NCBI RefSeq assembly: GCF_006345805.1
Contig: NC_043001.1
Span: forward strand, 26,784,001-26,848,000
Source: Octopus sinensis
Taxonomy: Eukaryota
Length of the DNA stretch: 64,000 nt
Reading direction: 5' to 3'
Shown: positions 1 to 12,809 of the stretch, piece after piece
Position numbering within the stretch: the first letter of the stretch is position 1
How the letters are laid out: each line of letters opens with the position of its first letter
Notes under the pieces: generated by a model
Told to the model about the DNA's origin: nothing
The model's database searches: none
The model's input: only the letters and a program-made list of their open reading frames with translations
Made by a program: the position numbers and the translations under genes

Positions 1-595
1 CCTTTCGGGGTCAATTAAATATACCAGTTACACACTGGGATTGATGTAGTCGACTTGATCCGTTTGTCTGGCCTTGTTTGTCCTCTCTGTGTTTAGCCCC
101 TTGTGGGTAGTAAAGAAATATGTATTTCGTCCGTCTTCACGTTCTGAGTTCAAATCCCACCAAAGTTAACTTTGCCTTTCATCCTTTCAGGGTCAGTAAA
201 ATAAGTACCAGTTGAGCACTGGGGGTTGATGTATTCAACTCATTCCCTCCCCTGAAATTGCTGGCCTTGTGCCAAAATTTGAAACCATTATTATTAAAGC
301 GATGAACTGGCAGAATTGTTAGTACGCCAGGCAAAATGCTTAGCAGCATTTCATTATTCTTTATGTTCTGAGTTCAAATTCTGCTGAGGTCGATTTTGCC
401 TTTTATCCTTTCAGGGTTAATAAAATAAATACCAGTGAAACACTGGGATCAATTTAATCAATTAGTCCCCTTCCCCCAAATTTCAGGCCTTGTGCTTACA
501 GTAGAGAGGATTGTTATAATTTTGTCCTGAGTTCAAATTCTGCAGAGGTTGACTTTGCCTTTCGTCTTTGATAAAATAAGTACCAGTTGAAATTA
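1..595 (+). mobile_element. Tandem run of ~4 partial copies of SINE family A
   Basis: Repeated motif gttctgagttcaaat...gactttgcctttcatcctttc.gggtc...aagtaccag, matching the fuller copies at 29211 and 59297. Confidence 0.85.
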
Positions 596-993
596 CCAAA
601 ATACAACAACTTTAACAAGAAATAACTTCCGAAATACAGAATTTTCTCAACAACGCCAAGAGTAAAAGATGTTTTATGTGACACATTCTACCAGTATACG
701 AAGTTTGAAAGTGTTTAGTTACAAAAACTATTTTTTAAATCTGCCGGTCAAAGGTAAAGATCTAACTTCCACATTCACGGGATGACCAAAAAGGGGACGA
801 TGGATGGCAATACCTCATTCTAATTTTCAATAGTATACACTGGTTTAGAAAATACTTTTTAAAAATTGATCAGAAAAAGTTGCTTGAAGTTAGTTTTCTT
901 AAAAACAAGAACAGAAAACAAAACTAAATTTTAAAAAACCCCAAAAGTTTACTGATAAAATTTCCAAGAAAATTCTCTACAAAGACGAAGCAT

Positions 994-1255
<262 letters not shown>

Positions 1256-1258
1256 TTA

Positions 1259-1895
1259 CTAGCAATATCGCCCGGCGTTGCTCGGGTTTGTAAGGGAAAT
1301 AACTATATAAGCATTTTTAGAGAGTTATAGCCAAAAAATAGCAAACAATGCATTAAAAATGGAAAAAATATGATGGTAAATTTTTTGAAAAATCGTTGAC
1401 TCATCGTAGACATTTTTAGAGAGTTACTTCCCTTATATAATAGCGAAAAATGCATTAAAATGATAAAAAAACGATGGTAAATTTTTTTTTAAATCGTAGA
1501 CTCATGTAGACGCTTTCTTAGCCATTTCTGTTTTGGTGTCTTCAAGCCATGAAGTCGTTGTTCTAAAAGAACACTGGTCTCCTTGACAACGCATTACGAC
1601 GTTGATTTCCTTACACTCCCTTCCCCACAGGTGCAGGTGTGAGCGTGGACGCCAACTCCGCCGCCATCGACACACGAAAAATTATGCATTAAAAATGGAA
1701 TAAAAAATGATGTTAAATTATTTTTAAAATCGTAGACTCATCGTAGACGCGCGCTAATACTCAGACGGGCTCGATATGAATCACGACTATAAGCTACCCG
1801 AATTTGGTTAAACTGCACCGCAAAATGTGGGAGTAGTTAGGAATCTAAATCGAAGGGGACAGACACTCACACAACTACAGTTTTATATATATAGA
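1259..1895 (-). mobile_element. 637-bp non-autonomous Helitron unit
   Basis: 5' TCTATATATATAAAACTG, 3' hairpin plus CTAG, A|T insertion context; near-identical to 4945-5580. Confidence 0.85.
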
Positions 1896-2732
1896 TATAC
1901 ATAGCGCAGTAGTGGTGAGATGTGACAGCAAAGAAAGCATACATTCACTCTCTGCATGCAATTAGACTCGGAAAGTTCGTGAGGAACCCATTGACCCAAT
2001 TTGCTGACTTTTCCGATAGCACACAGGTGTCAATGAATGGTTGAATGACCAAATCCAAGCTTCTCTGCTAGTTCCTCAACAGTTACGATGAGATTTTGTT
2101 CCACCAGGGTTTTCAGGATGTCCTTGTCGAGTTCTACAGATCTTTCAGGATGACGCTCGTCTTCTAGGCTGTTCCAATATAGCTTTGAAAAAAATAGCTG
2201 TTAAAATCGAAATGTACTCTTCAAAACTTGCACTATGAATAAGGACAAGATAAAATTACTACCTGCTTTTATAGCAAGTTAATATAAGTAGTTTATCCCA
2301 TTCCCCTCTGACTTTTAGTTCAAGCTGTTGAAAAAACCGCATTATTATATATATATACATACATACATACATACATACATACATACATACATACTACATA
2401 CATACATATACACACACACTCTCTCTCTCTCACACACATGCACACATTTATATTCTGTTATTCTTTTATATGTTTCAGCCTTGAGGTTGTGGCCATGCTG
2501 GATCATGTGTGTGTGTGTGTGTCTATCTGTCTGTCTGTCTGTATGTATATATGTATATGTATGTGTGTGAACAATAATATTTTCAACAGATGTGTTGCAA
2601 ATGTATCTGATTGTTCTCAAGCTTCAATACTGTGTGTGTGCGTATGTGTGCGTGTGTGTATGTATGTATGTATATGTATGTATATGTATGTATGTATGTG
2701 TGTATGTGTGTATGTGTGTGTGTATGTATGTA

Positions 2733-2767
<35 letters not shown>

Positions 2768-3231
2768 ATGTATGTATGTATGTATGTATGAGTGTATGTT
2801 TACTTTATTACTAACACAAGCCACTACGGTTATTTAATGTAAAGTCTTTCTCAAATCACTATCTCTGGCTATTTACTCTCTTCCAAGAACATTTTCACTC
2901 ACACTTATGTGTTAGCTTCCCATACATTTTATTCATGTATCTATCAGCGTGATAGAGAGAAACAAATATTACATCTAGTTTCACTTTATTCGTTGCCCAC
3001 TGTGTGTGTGCGTTTGCGTGTGGTGTAAACCAGACTAAGAAAAGCATTGAATGTGAGTTTTCTGTAAATTTTGCTTAATTGGAGTTTAAATTTTAAAAAC
3101 TGGACCTGGCATGACGCGATGCATTGTACTCTTAAAAATGGTAGGTAAATTGTAATTGAAGAAATGCTATATTGTAGATTTCTATAACTCCCAAAGGGAG
3201 GCAGATAAAATCTGCCTTTTATAATAAGAGA
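1259..3231 (-). mobile_element. Composite non-autonomous Helitron (left arm of inverted pair)
   Basis: Minus strand starts A|TC at 3231 and ends CTAG|T at 1259 with a subterminal CCCGAGCAACGCCGGG hairpin; reverse complement of most of 3785-5580. Confidence 0.75.
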
Positions 3232-3285
3232 TTATATATATGTATATATATATGTATGTGTATATATATATGTATGTATATATAT

Positions 3286-3770
3286 AGAATGGAAATCGAT
3301 CAATGGAAATTGCAGATGTGTTACCAGTGCCGGTGGCATGTCGAAACTCTGCTTGTGAAGACCCGTTGAGGCAAGTGAGGATCAGAATGGAAATCGATCA
3401 ATGGAAATTGCAGATGTGTTACCAGTGCCGGTGGCATGTAAGAGAACCTTCCGTTTCGCGACCGTTGCCAGCACCGCCCCATTTCGTGTCCGTTGCCAGC
3501 CTCGCCTGGCCTTTGTGCCGGTGGCACATAAAAAGCACCATCCGTTCCTGGCCGTTTGCCAGCTCTGTCTGGCACCTGTGCGGGTGTCACGTAAAAAGCA
3601 CCCAATACACTCACGGAGTGGTTGGCGTTAGGAAGGGCATCCAGCCGTAGAAACACTGCCAGATTTGACTGGGCCTGATGAAGCCTTCTGGCTTCACAGA
3701 CCCCAGTAGAACCGTCCAACCCATGCTAGCATGGAAAACGGACGCTAAACGATGATGATGATGATGATGA
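3286..3770 (+). mobile_element. SINE family C ((GAT)n tail) with an internal ~55-bp direct duplication
   Basis: ggcgttaggaagggcatccagccgtagaaa...catgctagcatggaaa...(gat)n; agaatggaaatcgatc...ggcatgt occurs twice, 98 bp apart. Confidence 0.85.
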
Positions 3771-4231
3771 TATATATATATGTATCTCTTATTATAAAAG
3801 GCAGATTTTATCTGCCTCCCTTTGGGAGTTATACAAATCTACAATATAGGATTTCTTCAATTACAATTTACCTAGCATTTTTAAGAGTACAATGCATCGC
3901 GTCATGCCAGGTCCAGTTTTAAAAATTTAAACTCCAATTAAGCAAAATTTACAGAAAACTCACATTCTGGTGTGTGTGTCAAATGCTTTTCTTAGTCTGG
4001 TTTACACCACACGCAAACGCACACACACAGTGGGCAACGAATAAAATGAAAGTAAATAGCGACAGAGTGATTTGAGGAAGACTAAAGTGAAAGTATTCTG
4101 TCTATGACGCTGATAGATACATGAGTAAAATGTATGGGAAGCTTAGAGCTAAGAGTGAGTGAAAATGTTCTTGGAAGAGAGTAATTAGTAATAAAGTAAA
4201 CATACACTCATACATACATACATACATACAT

Positions 4232-4262
<31 letters not shown>

Positions 4263-4571
4263 TACACACACACATACACACACACACATACATACATACA
4301 CACATACATACATACATACATACATATACATACATACATACATATACATACATACATACACACACACATACACACACACACAGTATTGAAGCTTGAGAAC
4401 AATCAGATACATTTGCAACACATCTGTTGAAAATATTATTGTTCACACACATACATATACATATATACATACAGACAGACAGACAGATAGACACACACAC
4501 ACACACATGATCCAGCATGGCCACAACCTCAAGGCTGAAACATATAAAAGAATAACAGAATATAAATGTGT

Positions 4572-4925
4572 GCAAAGTACAAGAAATATTAATGCAGTAT
4601 ATGGGGATTGGACAATAAGCGTAAGGCAGTGTCAATGGTGGTTCCAGAAATCCCGAGCCATAAACTACAGCCTAGAAGACGAGCCTCATCCTGAAAGATC
4701 TGTAGAACTCGACAAGGACATCCTGAAAACCCTGGTGGAACAAAATATCATCGTAACTGTTGAGGAACTAGCAGAGAAGCTTGGATTTGGTCATTCAACC
4801 ATTCATTGACACCTGTGTGCTATCGGAAAAGTCAGCAAATTGGGTCAATGGGTTCCTCACGAACTTTCCGAGTCTAATTGCATGCAGAGAGTGAATGTAT
4901 GCTTTTCTTTGCTGTCACATCTCAC
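4572..4925 (+). pseudogene. Mariner transposase N-terminal (HTH) fragment
   Basis: RNINAVYGDWTISVRQCQWWFQK...LEDEPHPERSVELDKDILKTLVEQNIIVTVEELAEKLGFGHSTIH, then a stop and a WVPHEL-like motif; typical mariner DNA-binding region. Confidence 0.9.
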
Positions 4926-4944
4926 CACTACTGCGCTATGTATA

Positions 4945-5580
4945 TCTATATATATAAAACTGTAGTTGTGTGAGTGTCTGTCCCCTTCGATTTAGATTCC
5001 TAACTACTCCCACATTTTGCGGTACAGTTTAACCAAATTCGGGTAGCTTATAGTCGTGATTCATATCGAGCCCGTCTGAATATTAGCGCGCGTCTACGAT
5101 GAGTCTACGATTTAAAAATAATTTAACATCATTTTTTATTCCATTTTAATGCATAATTTTTCGTGTGTCGATGGCGGCGGAGTTGGCGTCCACGCTCACA
5201 CCTGCACCTGTGGGGAAGGGAGTGTAAGGAAATCAACGTCGTAATGCGTTGTCAAGGAGACCAGTGTTCTTTTAGAACAACGACTTCATGGCTTGAAGAC
5301 ACCAAAACAGAAATGGCTAAGAAAGCGTCTACATGAGTCTACGATTTAAAAAAAAATTTACCATCGTTTTTTTATCATTTTAATGCATTTTTTCGCTATT
5401 ATATAAGGGAAGTAACTCTCTAAAAATGTCTACGATGAGTCAACGATTTTCCAAAAAATTTACCATCATATTTTTTCCACTTTTAATGCATTTTTTGCTA
5501 ATTTTTGGCTATAACTCTCTAAAAATGCTTATATAGTTATTTCCCTTACAAACCCGAGCAACGCCGGGCGATACTGCTAG
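4945..5580 (+). mobile_element. 636-bp non-autonomous Helitron unit
   Basis: A|TCTATATATATAAAACTG...CCCGAGCAACGCCGGGCGATACTGCTAG|T. Confidence 0.85.
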
Positions 5581-6269
5581 TATATATATAAACAAATACC
5601 AATAGAAGGAGTGTGGTTCACTAAAGCTGTTTCAGACGTATCTTTTATTAATGAGCAGAAGTGTTATATCATGCAAAAACAAAAAGCCGTTTTCATCAGG
5701 TGAAAACAGGTAAGAATTGAACATTTCAAACATCTCAAGAACAAGTACATGGTGCAATTTGATTCTTCTGACCCTTATTGTGTTATCTTGGCCACTCGTT
5801 GTGTAACCAGTCATTTGTGATTGTAGCACACCCAGTCAAATCCATGTTTACTTTAGTATATATTTGTCCTTAAATATTGCTTGTACATGATAGTGCTATC
5901 ACCGACCTGACCTTGAGACTTCACTATTTAAATACCTGATTCTCTTGAATTCAGGAAAGTCATATATATATAATGATGCAATAGAAAGTTTGTCTGTTTT
6001 CCTGTCATTTGACTAAGATGATAAAGATCACAAATAAAAGTCATTTCCCCCTTTAAGAAGATTAAGTTGAAAAAGTTGACACTTCAAAGAGTCGTTGCAG
6101 CTACCGCCCTCCGTCCATCTTTTTTTTTTTTTTTTACTTTTTCTTCCCTTAATCATGTATATAACTTTCGAGTGCTGTGGACTGAAAGAGAAATTCTCTC
6201 TATTTTTTTTTATGGGATATTTTTTGAATCAGGGGTGCTTGAATGCTGTTTTTCTTAAAGGGGAAAATT

Positions 6270-7400
6270 ACAATTTTATTTAAAATAAGATATTAATCTT
6301 TATCATCTTAATGAAAAGGCAGAAAAACAGGGAGACTATTTTTTTTTTATAGACGAAGATCATTTGCAATGGGAGGAGTTGAATCTCATAAGATTGGAAA
6401 AACAAGCAACAACAAATGGGTTGTACCTTATAATGAAACTCTTTTAAGAGCATTCAAATGTCACTGCAACGCTGAAATCATTGCCTCGGTGAGGTAAATT
6501 AAGTACGTTATCAAGTACACATTAAATGGAAATGATCAAGCTGCTGTTCAAATAAATAAAGCTGACGAAAGTAGTCAATATCTAATGGGTAGGTATATTG
6601 CACTATCTAAAGCAGTTACATCCATTTTAGGATTTTCAGTTCCTGAAAAAGCACCTGCAATAGTAAGGCTGCAAATTCATCTACCAGATACTCTCTTACT
6701 CTTTACTCTTTTACTCGTTTCAGTCATTTGACTGCGGCCATGCTGGAGCACTGGCTTTAGTCGAGCAAATCGACCCCAGGATTTATTCTTTGTAAGCCTA
6801 GTACTTATTCTATCTGTCTCTTTGATGACCCGCTAAGTAAACACACCAGCATCGGTTGTGAAGCGATGTTGGGGGGACAAACACAGACACACAAGCACAC
6901 ACACACAAGCACACACACACATATATATACATATACATATATACGACGGGCTTCTTTCAGTTTCCTTCTACCAAATCCACTCACAAGGCTTTGGTCAGTC
7001 CGAGGCTATAGTAGAAGACACTTGCCCAAGGTGCCATGCAGTGGGACTGAACCCAGAGCCATGTGGTTGGTGAGCAAGCTACTTACCACACAGCCACTCC
7101 TGCTCAGAAATAATGAGGATTCATATAGCTGCCTATGAACGACAAATGAAAACAACATTGAGAGAATTCTTTTCGCTGTGCATCAACGATGACTTTGCAA
7201 AAGCATTACTTTATGCTGAAGTACCAAAGTATTTCACTTGGGACAGTAGTAGCAAAGAATGGTAAATAAGAGAGCGAGGAAAAAAAGTTGAAGGCCATTT
7301 GAACATTTTCAAAGAAGAAACACTTGGTTGTTTTAAAGTTGTCACACCAAAGGCAGGAGAACTGAATTATTTAAGAATTTTATCGCATGAAGTTCGAAAT
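6270..7400 (+). pseudogene. Helitron Rep-helicase fragment (Rep-to-helicase linker region) split by a SINE
   Basis: Manual translation: NNKWVVPYNETLLRAFKCHCNAEII...IKYVIKY...DESSQYLMGRYI...ILGFSVPEKAPAIVRLQIHL; after the SINE: TTLREFFSLCINDDFAKALLYAEVPKYFTWD; contains stops. Confidence 0.85.
6691..7103 (-). mobile_element. SINE family B (tRNA-like head, CORE-like centre, (TAAAAGAG)n tail)
   Basis: Reverse complement of the 12810-13222 copy. Confidence 0.9.
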
Positions 7401-7709
7401 AGTATTTTTTGCTTTTCTGCTGAACATCAACATTCTCAACTTGGAGTGGTTGTATCACAACGGGTCGTAATAGGTGCATCTTGTATGTATATACATATAT
7501 ATATATAAAAGTGAGTTTTGGGGCAATATATTACCCGGGTGGATACCGTATTAGCTCTCAGTTGAGTTCCAGTTGACGGCTAACCACAACAATCAGTATC
7601 CAACATCTGTGTCTACAATTAGATATTAGTCGCTCCGTGAATTCTTCCAATGGGTAATTCCATTGTGCTCTGCACTGGACTGTAAAAGTTACCTGCAGTA
7701 TATATTAAC

Positions 7710-7740
<31 letters not shown>

Positions 7741-7761
7741 ACAACAACAACAATAATAATA

Positions 7762-7799
<38 letters not shown>

Positions 7800-7821
7800 A
7801 ATAACAATAATAATGATAATA

Positions 7822-8381
7822 ATAATGCAGTGCCAGGCAGTGGCTCTCATGGCTTCTCACCTTAGCTGTTTCGAAGTGTTATCATGTACTTTGTTTTGTC
7901 TTGGTATAAAAGATAGGCTACAGCAAATATTCTGCTCAATACCACAGATTTGCTTGTCAGTTGTATAACCATAACCAGTTGAGCATGTCCGTTTGTGGCT
8001 GATGATGTGTGTGTCTCTAATCATGAGCAGATGTAGTGGGGGAGCATCATAGTCATGTGTTGAGAGGGATTCATTGGGGTTTGGATAATTCACCTTTGGA
8101 AACATGGGTGTTTTGTTCAACATCCTTAAACAACCCTTGTTCAGGGACCATTTGAGCAGGGTGGGCTACTCGACCAGAAGAAAATCTAACTGGGCCCCAC
8201 CTGCAAGGTCATGCGCTGTTTATCTTGATATGAGATCACTATGTTGCACATATATGGTGGTGAATCATGTGCCTGGTGTACCTCTATCAGGCGGGTAGTC
8301 ATGATGGGTATGCTGGGCTTCATATATTTTACCCCAGTATCACTTTGATGGCATGCACTGCTCTCTCACTCAATAATGATG

Positions 8382-8385
<4 letters not shown>
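7822..8385 (+). repeat. Unclassified ~560-bp interspersed repeat (family D), flanked by (AAT)n
   Basis: Colinear with 47488-48005. Confidence 0.8.
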
Positions 8386-8414
<29 letters not shown>

Positions 8415-8419
8415 TCTGT

Positions 8420-8735
8420 AACCTTAACAAAAAAATCTGAAAATTTTTGACAATACATAGAATGCACCACCCTAAGACAGATATAGAACGCTTACCTGCC
8501 AAAAAAGAGGGTGGCCGTGGACTTTTACAACTGAAATTAACAATGAAGATTGCCACAGTTGGCCCAAACACCTATCTGAAAAATTCTGATGACTGGTTGT
8601 TAAAACTTGTCTTAAAGCATGAAAACAAGAAAACATCATACTCAGTAACAAAACAAGCAAAAAATATCTAAGTGAATTCTAAATACAAATCCCAGAATTA
8701 GACGTACTGGAAACAAGCACAGGAAAGGCTAACGA
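8420..8735 (+). pseudogene. R4/Dong-like LINE fragment (post-RT region)
   Basis: RMHHPKTDIERLPAKKEGGRGLLQL motif; starts immediately after an (AAT)n run. Confidence 0.75.
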
Positions 8736-8802
8736 GAGTTCTGGACCCCAGTTATGAACTCATTTGCATACAGCCAATCAGAGTTCAACTATCAAACTAA
8801 TT

Positions 8803-9043
8803 TATTATTTCTTTATTGCCCACAAGGGGCTAAACATAGAGGGGACAAACAAAGACAGACAAACGGATTAAGTCGATTATATCAACCCCAGTGCGTAACT
8901 GGTACTTATTTAATCGACCCCGAAAGGATGAAAGGCAAAGTTGATCTCGGCAGAATTTGAACTCAGAACGTAACGGCAGATGAAATACGGCTACGCATTT
9001 CGCATTTCGCTCGGCGTGCTAACGATTCTGCCAACTCGCCGCC
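8803..9043 (-). mobile_element. SINE family A with 14-bp TSD
   Basis: ctatcaaactaatt at 8789-8802 and 9044-9057. Confidence 0.92.
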
Positions 9044-9658
9044 CTATCAAACTAATTCATGAGTGCATAACAAGTGATGGGAGATAAGATAAGATCACTT
9101 GGGTAAGGAATTACCATGCTTCTTTTCCCTTTTAATATTGCTTATTGTTCTTGTTCTTGTTTCAACCATGGCCACCTCTGCGTAGTTATTTGTGTTGTTG
9201 TTTAGTTTGTAAAGAAGTAAAGGGAGAGGGTTGCTATCACATCACCCATTACCCACATTTTTCCCATCCGCATCTTTACCACATGGGGCCCTAACAAAAT
9301 CCGATAATAGGTATAGATGCAAATCTATCTAATTACTTGTCTCCTTCTAAAATCAGGCATAACTTGGCGATCAGTCGACTTACAACACCGTTTTCATCTT
9401 GAGTTTATTTGGTATAGTGTGTTTTACCAAGAGATTGATTGTGTTTAACACTTTCATGAATGTTATGACAACAAGGTCAAGGTGAGTTCTGATTGGCTGT
9501 ATGCAAATGAGTTCATTTCTGAGATCTGGAACTCTCGTGGGAAAAATATTTTGTGACCAGGTAACAACAGAATCAAAGAGAAAGAAGGAAAAAAATGAAC
9601 AACTACGACGATTTGAAATGGGAAATATGGGGGTTGTGGTCAATGAGGAGAATAGATG

Positions 9659-9810
9659 CACTAGCATAGCTAGAGGTGGGGCGGTAGGGGCGGTCCACCC
9701 TAGGTGGCACTTTTGAAGGGGGTGGCACTTTTCATCCTGTTGTAGGCTATTGCTGAAGACAAGTGTTTTTGTGGGGTCCAGGGGCGGCAAATGGAAGTGC
9801 TATGCTACTG
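9659..9810. mobile_element. hAT-type MITE
   Basis: 12-bp TIRs CACTAGCATAGC / GCTATGCTACTG (1 mismatch); 8-bp TSD aatagatg / agtagatg. Confidence 0.75.
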
Positions 9811-9819
9811 AGTAGATGT

Positions 9820-10075
9820 GGTACCAATTGTAATTGGTGCACTTGGAAGTATCAGCACTCAACTACCAACATGGTTCAAAAAGATTGGTACAAATGTAAA
9901 AGTAGAACACCTACAAAAAACAGCACTGCTTGGTACTGCAAGAATTCTTCACAGAGTTCTTGAAGCATGACCAGTAAATAAGTGTCAGCTTAATCTGCTG
10001 GCTGTGGACAGCTGACACTTTCTGTTATATGCAGCAAAATAAGCTGAGTTTTCATATAATAATGATAATAATAAT
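9820..10075 (+). pseudogene. R4/Dong-like LINE 3' end
   Basis: ALGSISTQLPTWFKKIGTNVKVEHLQKTALLGTARILHRVLEA*, then a short UTR and an (AAT)n tail. Confidence 0.8.
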
Positions 10076-10489
10076 ACTTTCTACTATAGGCAGATTTCAA
10101 AGTGGAATGAAATGAGGAGGTCAGGGGAGCGTGTGGGGATGAAGTGAACCGAAAGGAAAGGGTCAGTGATGTCAATGGCTAAGGAACCCTACCAGAAGAG
10201 GAAGAGTGAGTGAGGAATTCGGTGGAAGTAGGACCAGCGTAGCTCTCTTTGGCTCCAGGCAGCCGGAGTGAACGGATGTGTGTAGACATGCGAGCTAGAA
10301 AAGAGATTAGTGGCAGGTTCTAGCGATAGGTCAGACGGGTAGAGCACGTCTCAGATTTACCCCAGCTGGACAGTTGACACTGAAAGGTAGATGAATCACA
10401 CTTTGTTCCTCATATTACAGTTCCCTATACTATAGTTATTTATTCTCTTTATCTCATTTTATTGTTTTCAAACATATATTCTATATATA

Positions 10490-10706
10490 TCTTTTACTCT
10501 TTTACTTGTTTCAGTCATTTGATTGCGGCCATGCTGGAGCACCGCCTTAAATCGAGCAACTCGACCCCGGGACTTATTCCTTGTAAGTCCAGTACTTATT
10601 CTATCGGTCTCTTTTGCTGAACCGCTAAGTGACGGGGACATAGACACACCAGCATCGGTTGTCAAGCAATGCTAGGGGGACAAACACAGACACACAAACA
10701 TACACG

Positions 10707-10738
<32 letters not shown>

Positions 10739-10900
10739 CATATATACGACAGGCTTCTTTCAGTTTCCGTCTACCAAATCTACTCACAAGGCTTTGGTCG
10801 GCCCGAGGCTATAGTAGGAGACACTTGCCCAAGGTACAACGCAGTGGGACTGAACCCGGAACAATCTGGTTGGTAAGCAAGCTACTTACCACACAGCCAC
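10490..10900 (-). mobile_element. SINE family B
   Basis: Full-length match to 12810-13222 in reverse orientation. Confidence 0.9.
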
Positions 10901-12309
10901 TCAGCCAAGGTCATACTAGGGATCAGCTGGTGATAAACATTGTTTGTTAAATCGTGCTAGTGTTATAAACATTCATTTGTATTCGATTAAACTGCTGTAT
11001 ATTGATGTAAGAGATACTATGAATATAAAAACTCATATGTATTTGATTTAACTGCTGTATGTTGATGCAATAGCTCCTACGAATCGTAATATATAAATAA
11101 TATAATCATCATTGTGATGATTATAATCAATATTGAGGCTTTATTGATTTTGTGCCATGGAGCCAGTTGTCTCTGGTTTCAAAAAGAAGTAAATAAACTG
11201 TATATCGAGGTTGAGAGCTCACATATAGTAGTCTTGATATTTATCGTTATGGTTATTATGACGATGTTAGCTTTTCATGTTGTCATTTTAAAGCTGACAG
11301 GTAATGGTTATTGTATCATCTTTATTTTTGTGGTCGATCTATTTGCTGTCACAGAATCTAATCTGTACACATGGTTGTTCAAGGCATCTGATGATCAATA
11401 CTTAGGTCCATTGATTTCAGTTTACAACCTGTGAGATCCAACTTCACATCTAGTTACACCCAGCAAAATAATGAAATACTCATCAGGAGGATTCAATAAA
11501 TGTCCATCATAACGCATACTGTTGTCTTAAACAAAATAGATAAATCAAACATACCCCAAAATAACCGGAAATCACTGTCATGTATGCATATATATATCGT
11601 AGTTTTTGGCGTATGACCTGCGGTTTCTTTCTGCCAAATGGGCATAAATGGGTCTTACACAGTTGTTAATACCGTGGTACATCGTGAGTGTCTGAAGTTG
11701 TCTCTTGCTTGAATATGTCAGCCTGAGTACCAGAGGACATCTGTCTGAGTGTTCGAGGTGGCCAGCTGATAGGTGCCAATCAGTTTTTATAGGGTAAAAA
11801 TGGGATGAATTTTAGATTATCCGAGAAGTCACATCACGTCACAGTTTCATGCTGATTGGTCGATAAATCATGTTAAACTCTGGTGACTTGCCCGTGATCC
11901 CTAGCTGAATATTTTGCGGTTGGGGTTTAAATCCTTACAAGGGAGAGAAAAACAATCTTCATCCTTGTTATAGCCTATTTAGTCCATTAATCACAAACAG
12001 ATGAATATTTAAGACTACTGATGTAGTAGTTAAACTTTAATGATTAGAGATTATATCTATCTATCTATCTATCTATCTATATATATATATATATACATAC
12101 ATACATATATATATATAATAAAATAGAAGATGTATGCATACGTGCGCATGTGTGCACATATGTGTGTGCACAGGCTCTTTTCTTGATCCCCCTTAAAATC
12201 AATATTTTTCATCCGATTTTGTTCACGCTGGGAAAATACATCACTTATGTTCCAGAGATGGTCATAGACTCCCTCCCCATGAACCTCACTTAAAAGTCAG
12301 TTACTTTGC

Positions 12310-12690
12310 CATCCTCCTATGCAATCTAAAAGCACCCATACTATACAGTGGAACTTGCCTTGTGTCAAACAAATGATCGACCACGTCATTGAAGCCCAAA
12401 TTATCACGGGACATGGTAAAAACAATACCATTTTTATTCCAAAAATTTTGCTAACCCCAACAGACTTCCCTGCTGTATGCAGAGACTTCAGATCCCTCTC
12501 AAACTCAGCTTCACTATGACAATTAACAAAGCACAAGGTCAATCACTGAAAATTGTCAGATTGGACCTTCAAACATCATACTTTACACATGGTAAGTTCT
12601 ACATCAGTTGTTCCAGAGTTGGCCATTCAAACAACTTATTCAACTTTGCCTCTGAAGGAAGAATAAAAAATGTCATCTACAAAGTTACTA
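12310..12690 (+). pseudogene. Helitron PIF1-like helicase C-terminal fragment
   Basis: HVIEAQIITGHGKNNTIFIPKI...RLQIPLKLSFTMTINKAQGQSL...FTHGKFYISCSRVG; frameshifted. Confidence 0.9.
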
Positions 12691-12809
12691 CAGTTACTTC
12701 TCTACTGCAATCTTCCCATCTATGTCAAACTGTAGCTGTTAGCAATCAGACTTCCTACAAGCATTTCATTGATATTTTACTTAATTTCCATGATTTCTGT
12801 CAACAATAG

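Larger units (their letters stand above)
3785..5580 (+). mobile_element. Composite non-autonomous Helitron (right arm of inverted pair)
   Basis: A|TC at 3785, CTAG|T at 5580; contains microsatellites, a SINE tail fragment, a mariner fragment and the 4945-5580 Helitron unit. Confidence 0.75.

Noticed and set aside
9200-9600. CR1-like C-terminal relic on the - strand (QNIFPTRVPDLRNEL)
   Set aside because: Only one weak motif; too degraded to call
11395-11490. CUGAUGA...GAAA on the - strand
   Set aside because: Stems I-III do not pair convincingly
11600-11950. Promoter-like segment with CCAAT and CACGTCA motifs
   Set aside because: Short motifs are expected by chance; no linked gene or TSS evidence
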